DNA of 64,000 nt from assembly GCA_964016885.1 (NCBI GenBank), contig OZ024740.1, positions 405,046,001-405,110,000 of the forward strand. Reading direction: 5' to 3'. Each line of letters starts with the position of its first letter. Position 1 is the stretch's first letter. Positions 23,101 through 38,100 of this stretch are shown here, piece after piece. Position numbers and translations under genes: made by a program. The notes beneath the pieces are model-generated. The model ran no database searches. It saw nothing but the letters and a program-made list of their open reading frames with translations, and had not been told where the DNA came from. The DNA is from Eledone cirrhosa (taxonomy: Eukaryota).

Positions 23101-26100
23101 TTCCAGTAACATGTTGTCCTTGAGCAAGACGCTTTATTTACCTTGCTCCAGTCCACTCAGGTGATGATAATGAGGTTGAGTTCAGTTACAAGTAACATGT
23201 CATTGATCAAGATTATTTTACCTTGCTCCATTCCACTCAGTTGATGATAATGAGGTTGAGTTCAGTTTCCAGGAACATGTTGTCATTGATCAACATTATT
23301 TTACCTTGCCCCAGTCCACTCAGTTGATGATAATGAGGTTGAGTTCAGTTTCCAGTAACATGTTGTCATTGTTCAAGATTATTTTACCTTGCTCCAGTCC
23401 ACTCAGTTGATGATAATGAGGTTGAGTTCAGTTTCCAGTAACATGTTGTCCTTGAGCAAGATACTTTATTTTATCTTGCTCCAGTCCACTCAGTTGATGA
23501 TAATGAGGTTGAGTTCAGTTTCCAGTAACTTGTCATTGATCAACATTATTTTACCTTGCTCCAGTCCACTCATCTGATGATAATGAGGTTGAGTTCAGTT
23601 TCCAGTAACATGTTGTCATTGATCAAGATTCTTTATTTACCTTGCTCCAGTCCACTCAGTTGATGATAATGAGGTTGAGTTCAGTTTCCAGTAACATGTT
23701 GTCATTGAGCAAGATACTTTACCTTGCTCCAGTCCACTCAGTTGATGATAATGAGGTTGAGTTCAGTTTCCAGTAACATGTTGTCATTGATCAAGATTCT
23801 TTATTTACCTTGCTCCAGTCCACTCAGTTGATGATAATGAGGTTGAGTTCAGTTTCCAGTAAAATGTTGTCATTGAGCAAGACACTTTACCTTGCTCCAG
23901 TCCACTCAGTTGATGATAATGAGGTTGAGTTCAGTTTCCAGTAACATGTTGTCATTGATCAAGATTATTTTACCTTGCTCCAGTGCACTCAGTTGATGAT
24001 AATGATGTTGAGTTCAGTTTCCAGTAACATGTTGTCCTTGATCAAGATACTTTATTTTACCTTGCTCCAGTCCACTCAGTTGATGATAATGAGGTGAGTT
24101 CAGTTTCCAGTAACTTGTCATTGATCAACATTATTTTACCTTGCTCCAGTCCACTCAGTTGATGATAATGAGGTTGAGTTCAGTGTCCAGTAACATGTTG
24201 TCATTGATCAAGATTCTTTATTTTACCTTGCTCCAGTCCACTCAGTTGATGATAGTGAGGTTGAGTTCAGTTTCCAGTAACATGTTGTCATTGAGAAAGT
24301 CACTTTACCTTGCTCCAGTCCACTCAGTTGATGATAATGAGGTTGAGTTCAGTTTCCAGTAACATGTTGTCATTGATCAAGATTATTTTACCTTGCCCCA
24401 GTCCACTCACTGGAAACTGAACTCAACCTCATTATCATCAACTAACATGTTGTCATTGATCAAGATTTTTTTACCTTGCTCCAGTCCACTCAGTTGATGA
24501 TAATGAGGTTGATTTCAGTTTCCAGTAACATGTTGTCCTTGAGCAAGAAACTTTATTTTACCTTGCTCCAGTCCACCCAGTTGATGATAATGAGGTTGAG
24601 TTCAGTTTCCAGTAACATGTTGTCATTGAGCAAGTCACTTTACCTTGCTCCAGTCCACTCAGTTGATGATAATGAGGTTGATTTCAGTTTCCAGTAACAT
24701 GTTGTCCTTGAGCAAGAAACTTTATTTTACCTTGCTCCAGTCCACTCAGTTGATGATAATGAAGTTGAGTTCAGTTTCCAGTAACATGTTGTCCTTGAGC
24801 AAGATACTTTACCTTGCTCCAGTCCACTCAGTTGATGATAATGAGGTTGAGTTCAGTTTCCAGTAACATGTCATTGATCAAGATTATTTTACCTTGCTCC
24901 AGTCCACTCAGTTGATGATAATGAGGTTGAGTTCAGTTTCCAGTAACATGTTGTCCTTGAGCAAGATACTTTATTTTACCTTCCTCCAGTCCACTCAGTT
25001 GATGATAATGAGGTTGAGTTCAGTTTCCAGTAACTTGTCATTGATCAACATTATTTTACCTTGCTCCAGTCCACTCAGTTGATGAAAATGAGGTTGAGTT
25101 CAGTTTCCAGTAACATGTTGTCATTGATCAAGATTCTTTATTTTACCTTGCTCCAGTCCACTCAGTTGATGATAATGAGGTTGAGTTCAGTTTCCAGTAA
25201 CATGTTGTCATTGATCAAGATTCTTTATTTTACCTTGCTCCAGTCCACTCAGTTGATGATAATGAGGTTGAGTTCAGTTTCCAGTAACATGTTGTCATTG
25301 ATCAAGAAACTTTATTTTACCTTGATCCAGTCCACTCAGTTGATGATAATGAGGTTGATTTCAGTTTCCAGTAACATGTTGTCCTTGAGCAAGAAACTTT
25401 ATTTTACCTTGATCCAGTCCACTCAGTTGATGATAATGAGGTTGATTTCAGTTTCCAGTAACATGTTGTCCTTGAGCAAGACACTTTATTTACCTTGCTC
25501 CAGTCCACTCAGTTGATGATAATGAGGTTGAGTTCAGTTACAAGTAACATGTCATTGATCAAGATTAGTTTACGTTGCTCCAGTCCACTCAGTTGATGAT
25601 AATGAGGTTGAGTTCAGTTTCCAGTAACATGTTCTCATTGATCAAGATTATTTTACCTTGCTCCCGTCCATTCAGTTGATGATAATGAGGTTGATTTCAG
25701 TTCCCAGTAACATGTTGTCCTTGAGCAAGAAACTTTATTTTACCTTGCTCCAGTCCACTCAGTTGATGATAATGAGGTTGAGTTCAGTTTCCAGTAACAT
25801 GTTGTCATTGATCAACATTATTTTACCTTGCTCCAGTCCACTCAGTTGATGATAATGAAGTTGAGTTCATTTTCCAGTAACTTGTTGTCATTGATCAACA
25901 TTATTTTACCTTCCTCCAGTTCACTCAGTTGATGATAATGAGGTTGAGTTCAGTTTCCTGTAACATGTTGTCATTGATAAAGATTATTTTACCTTGCTCC
26001 AGTCCACTCAGTTGATGATAATGAGGTTGAGTTCAGTTTCCAGTAACATGTTGTCATTGATCAAGATTATTTTACCTTGCCCCAGTCCACTCAGTTGATG

Positions 26101-29100
26101 ATAATGAGTTTGAGTTAAGTTTCCAGTAACATGTTGTCATTGATCAAGATTATTTTACCTTGCTCCAGTCCACTCAGTTGATGATAATGAGGTTGAGTTC
26201 AGTTTCCAGTAACATGTTGTCATTGATCAAGATTATTTTACCTTTCTCCAGTCCACTCAGTTGATGATAATGAGGTTCAGTTCAGTTTCCAGTAAGATGT
26301 TGTCATTCATCAAGATTATTTTCCCTTGCTCCAGTCCACTCAGTTGATGATAATGAGCTTGAGTTCAGTTTCCAGTAACATGTTGTCATTGATCAAGATT
26401 ATTTTACCTTGCTCCAGTCCACTCGGTTGATGATAATGAGGTTGAGTTCAGTTTCCAGTAACTTGTCATTGATCAACATTATTTTACCTTGATCCAGTCC
26501 ACTCAGTTGATGATAATGAGGTTGAGTTCAGTTTCCAGTAACATGTTGTCATTGATCAAGATTCTTTATTTTACCTTGCTCCAGTCCAGTTAGTTGATGA
26601 TAATGAGGTTGAGTTCAGTTTCCAGTAACATGTTGTCATTGATCAACATTATTTTACCTTGCTCCAGTCCACTCAGTTGATGATAATGAGGTTGAGTTCA
26701 GTTTCGAGTAACATGTTGTCATTGATCAAGATTATTTTACCTTGCCCCAGTCCACTCAGTTGATGATAATGAGGTTGAGTTCAGTTTCGAGTAACATGTT
26801 GTCATTGATCAAGATTATTTTACCTTGCCCCAGTCCACTCAGTTGATGATAATGAGGTTGAGTTCAGTTTCCAGTAACATGTTGTCATTGATCAAGATTA
26901 TTTTACCTTGCTCCAGTCCACTCAGTTGATGATAATGAGGTTGAGTTCAGTTTCCTGTAACATGTTGTCATTGATCAAGATTATTTTACCTTGCTCCAGT
27001 CCACTCAGTTGATGATAATGAGGTTGAGTTCAGTTTCCGGTAACATGTTGGCATTGATCAAGATTCTTTATTTTACCTTGCTCCAGTCCACTCAGTTGAT
27101 GATAATGAGGTTGAGTTCAGTTTCCAGTAACATGTTGTCATTGATCAAGATTATTTTACCTTGCCCCAGTCCACTCACTGGAAACTGAACTCAACCTCAT
27201 TATCATCAACTAACATGTTGTCATTGATCAAGATTTTTTTACCTTGCTCCAGTCCACTCAGTTGATGATAATGAGGTTGAGTTCAGTTTCCAGTAACATG
27301 TTGTCATTGATCAAGATTAGTTTACGTTGCTCCAGTCCATTCAGTTGATGATAATGAGGTTGATTTCAGTTTCCAGTAACATGTTGTCCTTGAGCAAGAA
27401 ACTTTATTTTACCTTGCTCCAGTCCACCCAGTTGATGATAATGAGGTTGAGTTCAGTTTCCAGTAACATGTTGTCATTGAGCAAGTCACTTTACCTTGCT
27501 CCAGTCCACTCAGTTGATGATAATGAGGTTGAGTTCAGTTTCCGGTAACATGTTGGCATTGATCAAGATTCTTTATTTTACCTTGCTCCAGTCCACTCAG
27601 TTGATGATAATGAGGTTGAATTCAGTTTCCAGTAACATGTTGTCATTTATCAAGATTATTTTACCTTGCCCCAGTCCACTCACTGGAAACTGAACTCAAC
27701 CTCATTATCATCAACTAACATGTTGTCATTGATCAAGATTAGTTTACGTTGCTCCAGTCCATTCAGTTGATGATAATGAGGTTGAGTTCAGTTTCCAGGA
27801 ACATGTTGTCATTGATCAACATTATTTTACCTTGCTCCAGTCCACTCAGTTGATGATAATGAAGTTGAGTTCAGTTTCCAGTAACATGTTGTCATTGATC
27901 AAGATTATTTTACCTTGCCCCAGTCCACTCAGTTGATGATAGTGAGGTTGAGTTCAGTTTCCAGTAACATGTTGTCATTGATCAAGATTATTTTACCTTG
28001 CTCCAGTCCACTCAGTTGATGATAATGAGGTTGAGTTCAGTTTCCAGTAACATGTTCTCATTGATCAAGATTATTTTACGTTGCTCCAGTCCATTCAGTT
28101 GGTGATAATGAGGTTGATTTCAGTTTCCAGTAACATGTTGTCCTTGAGCAAGAAACTTTATTTTACCTTGCTCCAGTCCACTCAGTTGATGATAATGAGG
28201 TTGATTTCAGTTTCCAGTAACATGTTGTCCTTGAGCAAGACACTTTATTTACCTTGCTCCAGTCCACTCAGGTGATGATAATGAGGTTGAGTTCAGTTAC
28301 AAGTAACATGTTGTCCTTGAGCAATATTATTTTACCTTGCTCCAGTCCACTCAGTTGATGATAATGAGGTTGAGTTCAGTTTCCAGTAACATGTTGTCTT
28401 TGAGCAAGATACTTTATTTTACCTTGCTCCAGTCCACTCAGTTGATGATAATGAGGTTGAGTTCAGTTTCCAGTAACTTGTCATTGATCAACATTATTTT
28501 ACCTTGCTCCAGTCCACCCAGTTGATGATAATGAGGTTGAGTTCAGTTTCCAGTAACATGTTGTCATTGAGCAAGACACTTTACCTTGCTCCAGTGCACT
28601 CAGTTGATCATAATGAGGTTGAGTTCAGTTTCCAGTAACATGTTGTCATTGATCAAGATTATTTTACCTTGCCCCAGTCCACTCACTGGAAACTGAAGTC
28701 AACCTCATTATCATCAACTAACATGTTGTCATTGATCAAGATTATTTTACGTTGTTCCAGTTCATTCAGTTGATGATAATGAGGTTGAGTTCAGTTTCCA
28801 GTAACATGTTGTCATTGATCAAGATTAGTTTACGTTGTTCCAGTCCACTCAGTTGATGATAATAAGGTTGATTTCAGTTTCCAGTAACATGTTGTCCTTG
28901 AGCAAGAAACTTTATTTTACCTTGCTCCAGTCCACTCAGTTGATGATAATGAGGTTGATTTCAGTTTCCAGTAACATGTTGTCCTTGAGCAAGAAACTTT
29001 ATTTTACGTTGCTCCAGTCCACTCAGTTGATGATAATGAAGTTGAGTTCAGTTTCCAGTAACATGTTGTCCTTGAGCAAGATACTTTATTTACCTTGCTC

Positions 29101-32100
29101 CAGTCCACTCAGTTGATGATAATGAGGTTGAGTTCAGTTACAAGTAACATGTCATTGATCAAGATTAGTTTACGTTGCTCCAGTCCACTCAGTTGATGAT
29201 AATGAGGTTGAGTTCAGTTTCCAGTAACATGTTCTCATTGATCAAGATTAATTTACGTTGCTCCAGTCCATTCAGTTGATGATAATGAGGTTGATTTCAG
29301 TTCCCAGTAACATGTTGTCCTTGAGCAAGAAACTTTATTTTACCTTGCTCCAGTCCACTCAGTTGATGATAATGAGGTTGAGTTCAGTTTCCAGTAACAT
29401 GTTGTCATTGATCAACATTATTTTACCTTCCTCCAGTCCACTCAGTTGATGATAATGAGGTTGATTTCAGTTTCCAGTAACATGTTGTCCTTGACCAAGA
29501 AACTTTATTTTACCTTGATCCAGTCCACTCAGTTGATGATAATGAGGTTGATTTCAGTTTCCAGTAACATGTTGTCCTTGAGAAAGACACTTTATTTACC
29601 TTGCTCCAGTCCACTCAGTTGATGATAATGAGGTTGAGTTCAGTTACAAGTAACATGTCATTGATCAAGATTAGTTTACGTTGCTCCAGTCCACTCAGTT
29701 GATGATAATGAGGTTGAGTTCAGTTTCCAGTAACATGTTCTCATTGATCAAGATTATTTTACGTTGCTCCAGTCCATTCAGTTGATGATAATGAGGTTGA
29801 TTTCAGTTCCCAGTAACATATTGTCCTTGAGCAAGAAACTTTATTTTACCTTGCTCCAGTCCACTCAGTTGATGATAATGAGGTTGAGTTCAGTTTCCAG
29901 TAACATGTTGTCATTGATCAACATTATTTTACCTTGCTCCAGTCCACTCAGTTGATGATAATGAAGTTGAGTTCAGTTTCCAGTAACATGTTGTCATTGA
30001 TCAAGATTATTTTACGTTGCTCCAGTCCACTCAGTTGATGATAATGAGGTTGAGTTCAGTTTCCAGTAACATGTTGTCATTGATCAAGATTATTTTACCT
30101 TTCTCCAGTCCACTCAGTTGATGATAATGAGGTTCAGTTCAGTTTCCAGTAAGATGTTGTCATTCATCAAGATTATTTTCCCTTGCTCCAGTCCACTCAG
30201 TTGATGATAATGAGCTTGAGTTCAGTTTCCAGTAACATGTTGTCATTGATCAAGATTATTTTACCTTGCTCCAGTCCACTCGGTTGATGATAATGAGGTT
30301 GAGTTCAGTTTCCAGTAACTTGTCATTGATCAACATTATTTTACCTTGATCCAGTCCACTCAGTTGATGATAATGAGGTTGAGTTCAGTTTCCAGTAACA
30401 TGTTGTCATTGATCAAGATTCTTTATTTTACCTTGCTCCAGTCCAGTTAGTTGATGATAATGAGGTTGAGTTCAGTTTCCAGTAACATGTTGTCATTGAT
30501 CAACATTATTTTACCTTGCTCCAGTCCACTCAGTTGATGATAATGAGGTTGAGTTCAGTTTCGAGTAACATGTTGTCATTGATCAAGATTATTTTACCTT
30601 GCCCCAGTCCACTCAGTTGATGATAATGAGGTTCAGTTCAGTTTCCAGTAACATGTTGTCATTGATCAAGATTATATTACCTTGCTCCAGTCCACTCAGT
30701 TGATGATAATGAGGTTGAGTTCAGTTTCCAGTAACATGTTGTCATTGATCAAGATTATTTTACCTTGCTCCAGTCCACTCAGTTGATGATAATGAGGTTG
30801 AGTTCAGTTTCCGGTAACATGTTGGCATTGATCAAGATTCTTTATTTTACCTTGCTCCAGTCCACTCAGTTGATGATAATGAGGTTGAGTTCAGTTTCGA
30901 GTAACATGTTGTCATTGATCAAGATTATTTTACCTTGCCCGAGTCCACTCAGTTGATGATAATGAGGTTGAGTTCAGTTACAAGTAACATGTCATTGATC
31001 GAGATTAGTTTACGTTGCTCCAGTCCACTCAGTTGATGATAATGAGGTTGAGTTCAGTTTCCAGTAACATGTTCTCATTGATCAAGATTATTTTACCTTG
31101 CCCGAGTCCACTCAGTTGATGATAATGAGGTTGAGTTCAGTTACAAGTAACATGTCATTGATCAAGATTATTTTACGTTGCTCCAGTCCATTCAGTTGAT
31201 GATAATGAGGTTGATTTCAGTTCCCAGTAACATGTTGTCCTTGAGCAAGAAACTTTATTTTACCTTGCTTCAGTCCACTCAGTTGATGATAATGAGGTTG
31301 AGTTCAGTTTCCAGTAACATGTTGTCATTGATAAAGATTATTTTACGTTGCTCCAGTCCACTCAGTTGATGATAATGATGTTGAGTTCAGTTTCCAGTAA
31401 CATGTTGTCATTGATCAAGATTATTTTACCTTCCTCCAGTCCACTCAGTTGATGATAATGAGGTTGATTTCAGTTTCCAGTAACATGTTGTCCTTGAGCA
31501 AGAAACTTTATTTTACCTTGATCCAGTCCACTCAATTGATGATAATGAAGTTGAGTTCAGTTTCCAGTAACATGTTGTCATTGATCAACATTATTTTACC
31601 TTCCTCCAGTCCACTCAGTTGATGATAATGAGGTTGATTTCAGTTTCCAGTAACATGTTGTCCTTGAGCAAGAAACTTTATTTTACCTTGATCCAGTCCA
31701 CTCAGTTGATGATAATGAGGTTGATTTCAGTTTCCAGTAACATGTTGTCCTTGAGCAAGACACTTTATTTACCTTGCTCCAGTCCACTCAGTTGATGATA
31801 ATGAGGTTGAGTTCAGTTACAAGTAACATGTCATTGATCAAGATTAGTTTACGTTGCTCCAGTCCACTCAGTTGATGATAATGAGGTTGAGTTCAGTTTC
31901 CAGTAACATGTCCTCATTGATCAAGATTATTTTACCTTGCCCGAGTCCACTCAGTTGATGATAATGAGGTTGAGTTCAGTTACAAGTAACATGTCATTGA
32001 TCAAGATTATTTTACGTTGCTCCAGTCCATTCAGTTGATGATAATGAGGTTGATTTCAGTTCCCAGTAACATGTTGTCCTTGAGCAAGAAACTTTATTTT

Positions 32101-35100
32101 AGCTTGCTCCAGTCCACTCAGTTGATGATAATGAGGTTGAGTTCAGTTTCCAGTAACATGTTGTTATTGATAAAGATTATTTTACCTTGCTCCAGTCCAC
32201 TCAGTTGATGATAATGATGTTGAGTTCAGTTTCCAGTAACATGCTGTCATTGATCAAGATTATTTTACCTTCCTCCAGTCCACTCAGTTGATGATAATGA
32301 GGTTGAGTTCAGTTTCCAGTAACATGTTGTCCTTGAGCTAGACACTTTATTTTACCTTGATCCAGTCCACTCAATTGATGATAATGAAGTTGAGTTCAGT
32401 TTCCAGTAACATGTTGTCATTGATCAACATTATTTTACCTTCCTCCAGTCCACTCAGTTGATGATAATGAGGTTGATTTCAGTTTCCAGTAACATGTTGT
32501 CCTTGAGCTAGACACTTTATTTTACCTTGCTCCAGTCCACTCAGTTGATGATAATGAGGTTGAGTTCAGTTTCCAGTAACATGTTGTTCTTAAGCTAGAC
32601 ACTTTATTTTACCTTGCTCCAGTCCACTCAGTTGATGATAATGAGGTTGAGTTCAGTTACAAGTAACATGTCATTGATCAAGATTAGTTTACGTTGCTCC
32701 AGTCCACTCAGTTGATGATAATGAGGTTGAGTTCAGTTTCCAGTAACATGTTCTCATTGATCAAGATTATTTTACGTTGCTCCAGTCCATTCAGTTGATG
32801 ATAATGAGGTTGATTTCAGTTCCCAGTAACATGTTGTCCTTGAGCAAGAAACTTTATTTTACCTTGCTCCAGTCCACTCAGTTGATGATAATGAGGTTGA
32901 GTTCAGTTTCCAGTAACATGTTGTCATTGATCAACATTATTTTACCTTCCTCCAGTTCACTCAGTTGATGATAATGAGGTTGAGTTCAGTTTCCTGTAAC
33001 ATGTTGTCATTGATAAAGATTATTTTACCTTGCTCCAGTCCACTCAGTTGATGATAATGAGGTTGAGTTCAGTTTCCAGTAACATGTTGTCATTGATCAA
33101 GATTATTTTACCTTGCCCCAGTCCACTCAGTTGATGATAATGAGGTTGAGTTCAGTTTCCAGTAACATGTTGTCATTGATCAAGATTCTATATTTTACCT
33201 TGCCCCAGTCCACTCAGTTGATGATAATGAGGTTGAGTTAAGTTTCCAGTAACATGTTGTCATTGATCAAGATTATTTTACCTTGCTCCAGTCCACTCAG
33301 TTGATGATAATGAGGTTGAGTTCAGTTTCCAGTAACATGTTGTCATTGATCAAGATTATTTTACCTTTCTCCAGTCCACTCAGTTGATGATAATGAGGTT
33401 CAGTTCAGTTTCCAGTAAGATGTTGTCATTCATCAAGATTATTTTCCCTTGCTCCAGTCCACTCAGTTGATGATAATGAGCTTGAGTTCAGTTTCCAGTA
33501 ACATGTTGTCTTTGATCAAGATTATTTTACCTTGCTCCAGTCCACTCAGTTGATGATAATGAGGTTGAGTTCAGTTTCCAGTAACTTGTCATTGATCAAC
33601 ATTATTTTACCTTGATCCAGTCCACTCAGTTGATGATAATGAGGTTGAGTTCAGTTTCCAGTAACATGTTGTCATTGATCAAGATTCTTTATTTTACCTT
33701 GCTCCAGTCCAGTTAGTTGATGATAATGAGGTTGAGTTCAGTTTCCAGTAACATGTTGTCATTGATCAACATTATTTTACCTTGCTCCAGTCCACTCAGT
33801 TGATGATAATGAGGTTGAGTTCAGTTTCGAGTAACATGTTTTCATTGATCAAGATTATTTTACCTTGCCCCAGTCCACTCAGTTGATGATAATGAGGTTC
33901 AGTTCAGTTTCCATTAACATGTTGTCATTGATCAAGATTATTTTACCTTGCTCCAGTCCACTCAGCTGATGATAATGAGGTTGAGTTCAGTTTCCAGTAA
34001 CATGTTGTCATTGATCAAGATTATTTTACGTTGCTCCAGTCCACTCAGTTGATGATAATGAGGTTGAGTTCAGTTTCCGGTAACATGTTGGCATTGATCA
34101 AGATTCTTTATTTTACCTTGCTCCAGTCCAGTTAGTTGATGATAATGAGGTTGAGTTCAGTTTCCAGTAACATGTTGTCATTAATCAACATTATTTTACC
34201 TTGCTCCAGTCCACTCAGTTGATGATAATGAGGTTGAGTTCAGTTTCGAGTAACATGTTGTCATTGATCAAGATTATTTTACCTTGATCCAGTCCACTCA
34301 CTGTATGATAATGAGGTTGAGTTCAGTTTCCAGTAACATGTTGTCATTGATCAAGATTCTTTATTTTACCTTGCTCCAGTGCAGTTAGTTGATGATAATG
34401 AGGTTGAGTTCAGTTTCCAGTAACATGTTGTCATTGATCAACATTATTTTACCTTGCTCCAGTCCACTCAGTTGATGATAATGAGGTTGAGTTCAGTTTC
34501 GAGTAACATGTTGTCATTGATCAAGATTATTTTACCTTGCCCGAGTCCACTCAGTTGATGATAATGAGGTTGAGTTCAGTTTCCAGTAACATGTTGTCAT
34601 TCATCAAGATTATTTTACCTTGCTCCAGTCCACTCAGTTGATGATAATGAGGTTGAGTTCAGTTTCCAGTAACATGTTGTCATTGATCAAGATTATTTTA
34701 CCTTGCTCCAGTCCACTCAGTTGATGATAATGAGGTTGAGTTCAGTTTCCGGTAACATGTTGGCATTGATCAAGATTCTTTATTTTACCTTGCTCCAGTC
34801 CACTCAGTTGATGATAATGAGGTTGAGTTCAGTTTCGAGTAACATGTTGTCATTGATCAAGATTATTTTACCTTGCCCGAGTCCACTCAGTTGATGATAA
34901 TGAGGTTGAGTTCAGTTACAAGTAACATGTCATTGATCAAGATTAGTTTACGTTGCTCCAGTCCACTCAGTTGATGATAATGAGGTTGAGTTCAGTTTCC
35001 AGTAACATGTTCTCATTGATCAAGATTATTTTACCTTGCCCGAGTCCACTCAGTTGATGATAATGAGGTTGAGTTCAGTTACAAGTAACATGTCATTGAT

Positions 35101-38100
35101 CAAGATTATTTTACGTTGCTCCAGTCCATTCAGTTGATGATAATGAGGTTGATTTCAGTTCCCAGTAACATGTTGTCCTTGAGCAAGAAACTTTATTTTA
35201 CCTTGCTTCAGTCCACTCAGTTGATGATAATGAGGTTGAGTTCAGTTTCCAGTAACATGTTGTCATTGATAAAGATTATTTTACGTTGCTCCAGTCCACT
35301 CAGTTGATGATAATGATGTTGAGTTCAGTTTCCAGTAACATGTTGTCATTGATCAAGATTATTTTACCTTCCTCCAGTCCACTCAGTTGATGATAATGAG
35401 GTTGATTTCAGTTTCCAGTAACATGTTGTCCTTGAGCAAGAAACTTTATTTTACCTTGATCCAGTCCACTCAATTGATGATAATGAAGTTGAGTTCAGTT
35501 TCCAGTAACATGTTGTCATTGATCAACATTATTTTACCTTCCTCCAGTCCACTCAGTTGATGATAATGAGGTTGATTTCAGTTTCCAGTAACATGTTGTC
35601 CTTGAGCAAGAAACTTTATTTTACCTTGATCCAGTCCACTCAGTTGATGATAATGAGGTTGATTTCAGTTTCCAGTAACATGTTGTCCTTGAGCAAGACA
35701 CTTTATTTACCTTGCTCCAGTCCACTCAGTTGATGATAATGAGGTTGAGTTCAGTTACAAGTAACATGTCATTGATCAAGATTAGTTTACGTTGCTCCAG
35801 TCCACTCAGTTGATGATAATGAGGTTGAGTTCAGTTTCCAGTAACATGTCCTCATTGATCAAGATTATTTTACCTTGCCCGAGTCCACTCAGTTGATGAT
35901 AATGAGGTTGAGTTCAGTTACAAGTAACATGTCATTGATCAAGATTATTTTACGTTGCTCCAGTCCATTCAGTTGATGATAATGAGGTTGATTTCAGTTC
36001 CCAGTAACATGTTGTCCTTGAGCAAGAAACTTTATTTTAGCTTGCTCCAGTCCACTCAGTTGATGATAATGAGGTTGAGTTCAGTTTCCAGTAACATGTT
36101 GTTATTGATAAAGATTATTTTACCTTGCTCCAGTCCACTCAGTTGATGATAATGATGTTGAGTTCAGTTTCCAGTAACATGCTGTCATTGATCAAGATTA
36201 TTTTACCTTCCTCCAGTCCACTCAGTTGATGATAATGAGGTTGAGTTCAGTTTCCAGTAACATGTTGTCCTTGAGCTAGACACTTTATTTTACCTTGATC
36301 CAGTCCACTCAATTGATGATAATGAAGTTGAGTTCAGTTTCCAGTAACATGTTGTCATTGATCAACATTATTTTACCTTCCTCCAGTCCACTCAGTTGAT
36401 GATAATGAGGTTGATTTCAGTTTCCAGTAACATGTTGTCCTTGAGCTAGACACTTTATTTTACCTTGCTCCAGTCCACTCAGTTGATGATAATGAGGTTG
36501 AGTTCAGTTTCCAGTAACATGTTGTTCTTAAGCTAGACACTTTATTTTACCTTGCTCCAGTCCACTCAGTTGATGATAATGAGGTTGAGTTCAGTTACAA
36601 GTAACATGTCATTGATCAAGATTAGTTTACGTTGCTCCAGTCCACTCAGTTGATGATAATGAGGTTGAGTTCAGTTTCCAGTAACATGTTCTCATTGATC
36701 AAGATTATTTTACGTTGCTCCAGTCCATTCAGTTGATGATAATGAGGTTGATTTCAGTTCCCAGTAACATGTTGTCCTTGAGCAAGAAACTTTATTTTAC
36801 CTTGCTCCAGTCCACTCAGTTGATGATAATGAGGTTGAGTTCAGTTTCCAGTAACATGTTGTCATTGATCAACATTATTTTACCTTCCTCCAGTTCACTC
36901 AGTTGATGATAATGAGGTTGAGTTCAGTTTCCTGTAACATGTTGTCATTGATAAAGATTATTTTACCTTGCTCCAGTCCACTCAGTTGATGATAATGAGG
37001 TTGAGTTGAGTTTCCAGTAACATGTTGTCATTGATCAAGATTATTTTACCTTGCCCAGTCCACTCAGTTGATGATAATGAGGTTGAGTTCAGTTTCCAGT
37101 AACATGTTGTCATTGATCAAGATTCTATATTTTACCTTGCCCCAGTCCACTCAGTTGATGATAATGAGGTTGAGTTAAGTTTCCAGTAACATGTTGTCAT
37201 TGATCAAGATTATTTTACCTTGCTCCAGTCCACTCAGTTGATGATAATGAGGTTGAGTTCAGTTTCCAGTAACATGTTGTCATTGATCAAGATTATTTTA
37301 CCTTTCTCCAGTCCACTCAGTTGATGATAATGAGGTTCAGTTCAGTTTCCAGTAAGATGTTGTCATTCATCAAGATTATTTTCCCTTGCTCCAGTCCACT
37401 CAGTTGATGATAATGAGCTTGAGTTCAGTTTCCAGTAACATGTTGTCTTTGATCAAGATTATTTTACCTTGCTCCAGTCCACTCAGTTGATGATAATGAG
37501 GTTGAGTTCAGTTTCCAGTAACTTGTCATTGATCAACATTATTTTACCTTGATCAAGTCCACTCAGTTGATGATAATGAGGTTGAGTTCAGTTTCCAGTA
37601 ACATGTTGTCATTGATCAAGATTCTTTATTTTACCTTGCTCCAGTCCAGTTAGTTGATGATAATGAGGTTGAGTTCAGTTTCCAGTAACATGTTGTCATT
37701 GATCAACATTATTTTACCTTGCTCCAGTCCACTCAGTTGATGATAATGAGGTTGAGTTCATTTTCGAGTAACATGTTTTCATTGATCAAGATTATTTTAC
37801 CTTGCCCCAGTCCACTCAGTTGATGATAATGAGGTTCAGTTCAGTTTCCATTAACATGTTGTCATTGATCAAGATTATTTTACCTTGCTCCAGTCCACTC
37901 AGCTGATGATAATGAGGTTGAGTTCAGTTTCCAGTAACATGTTGTCATTGATCAAGATTATTTTACGTTGCTCCAGTCCACTCAGTTGATGATAATGAGG
38001 TTGAGTTCAGTTTCCAGTAACATGTTGTCATTGATCAAGATTCTTTATTTTACCTTGCTCCAGTGCAGTTAGTTGATGATAATGAGGTTGAGTTCAGTTT

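Noticed and set aside
34296-34312. ctcactgtatgata variant (also near 45875) as a further inversion copy
   Set aside because: Only about 4 bases differ and the rest of the monomer is in normal orientation, so it cannot be called an inversion.
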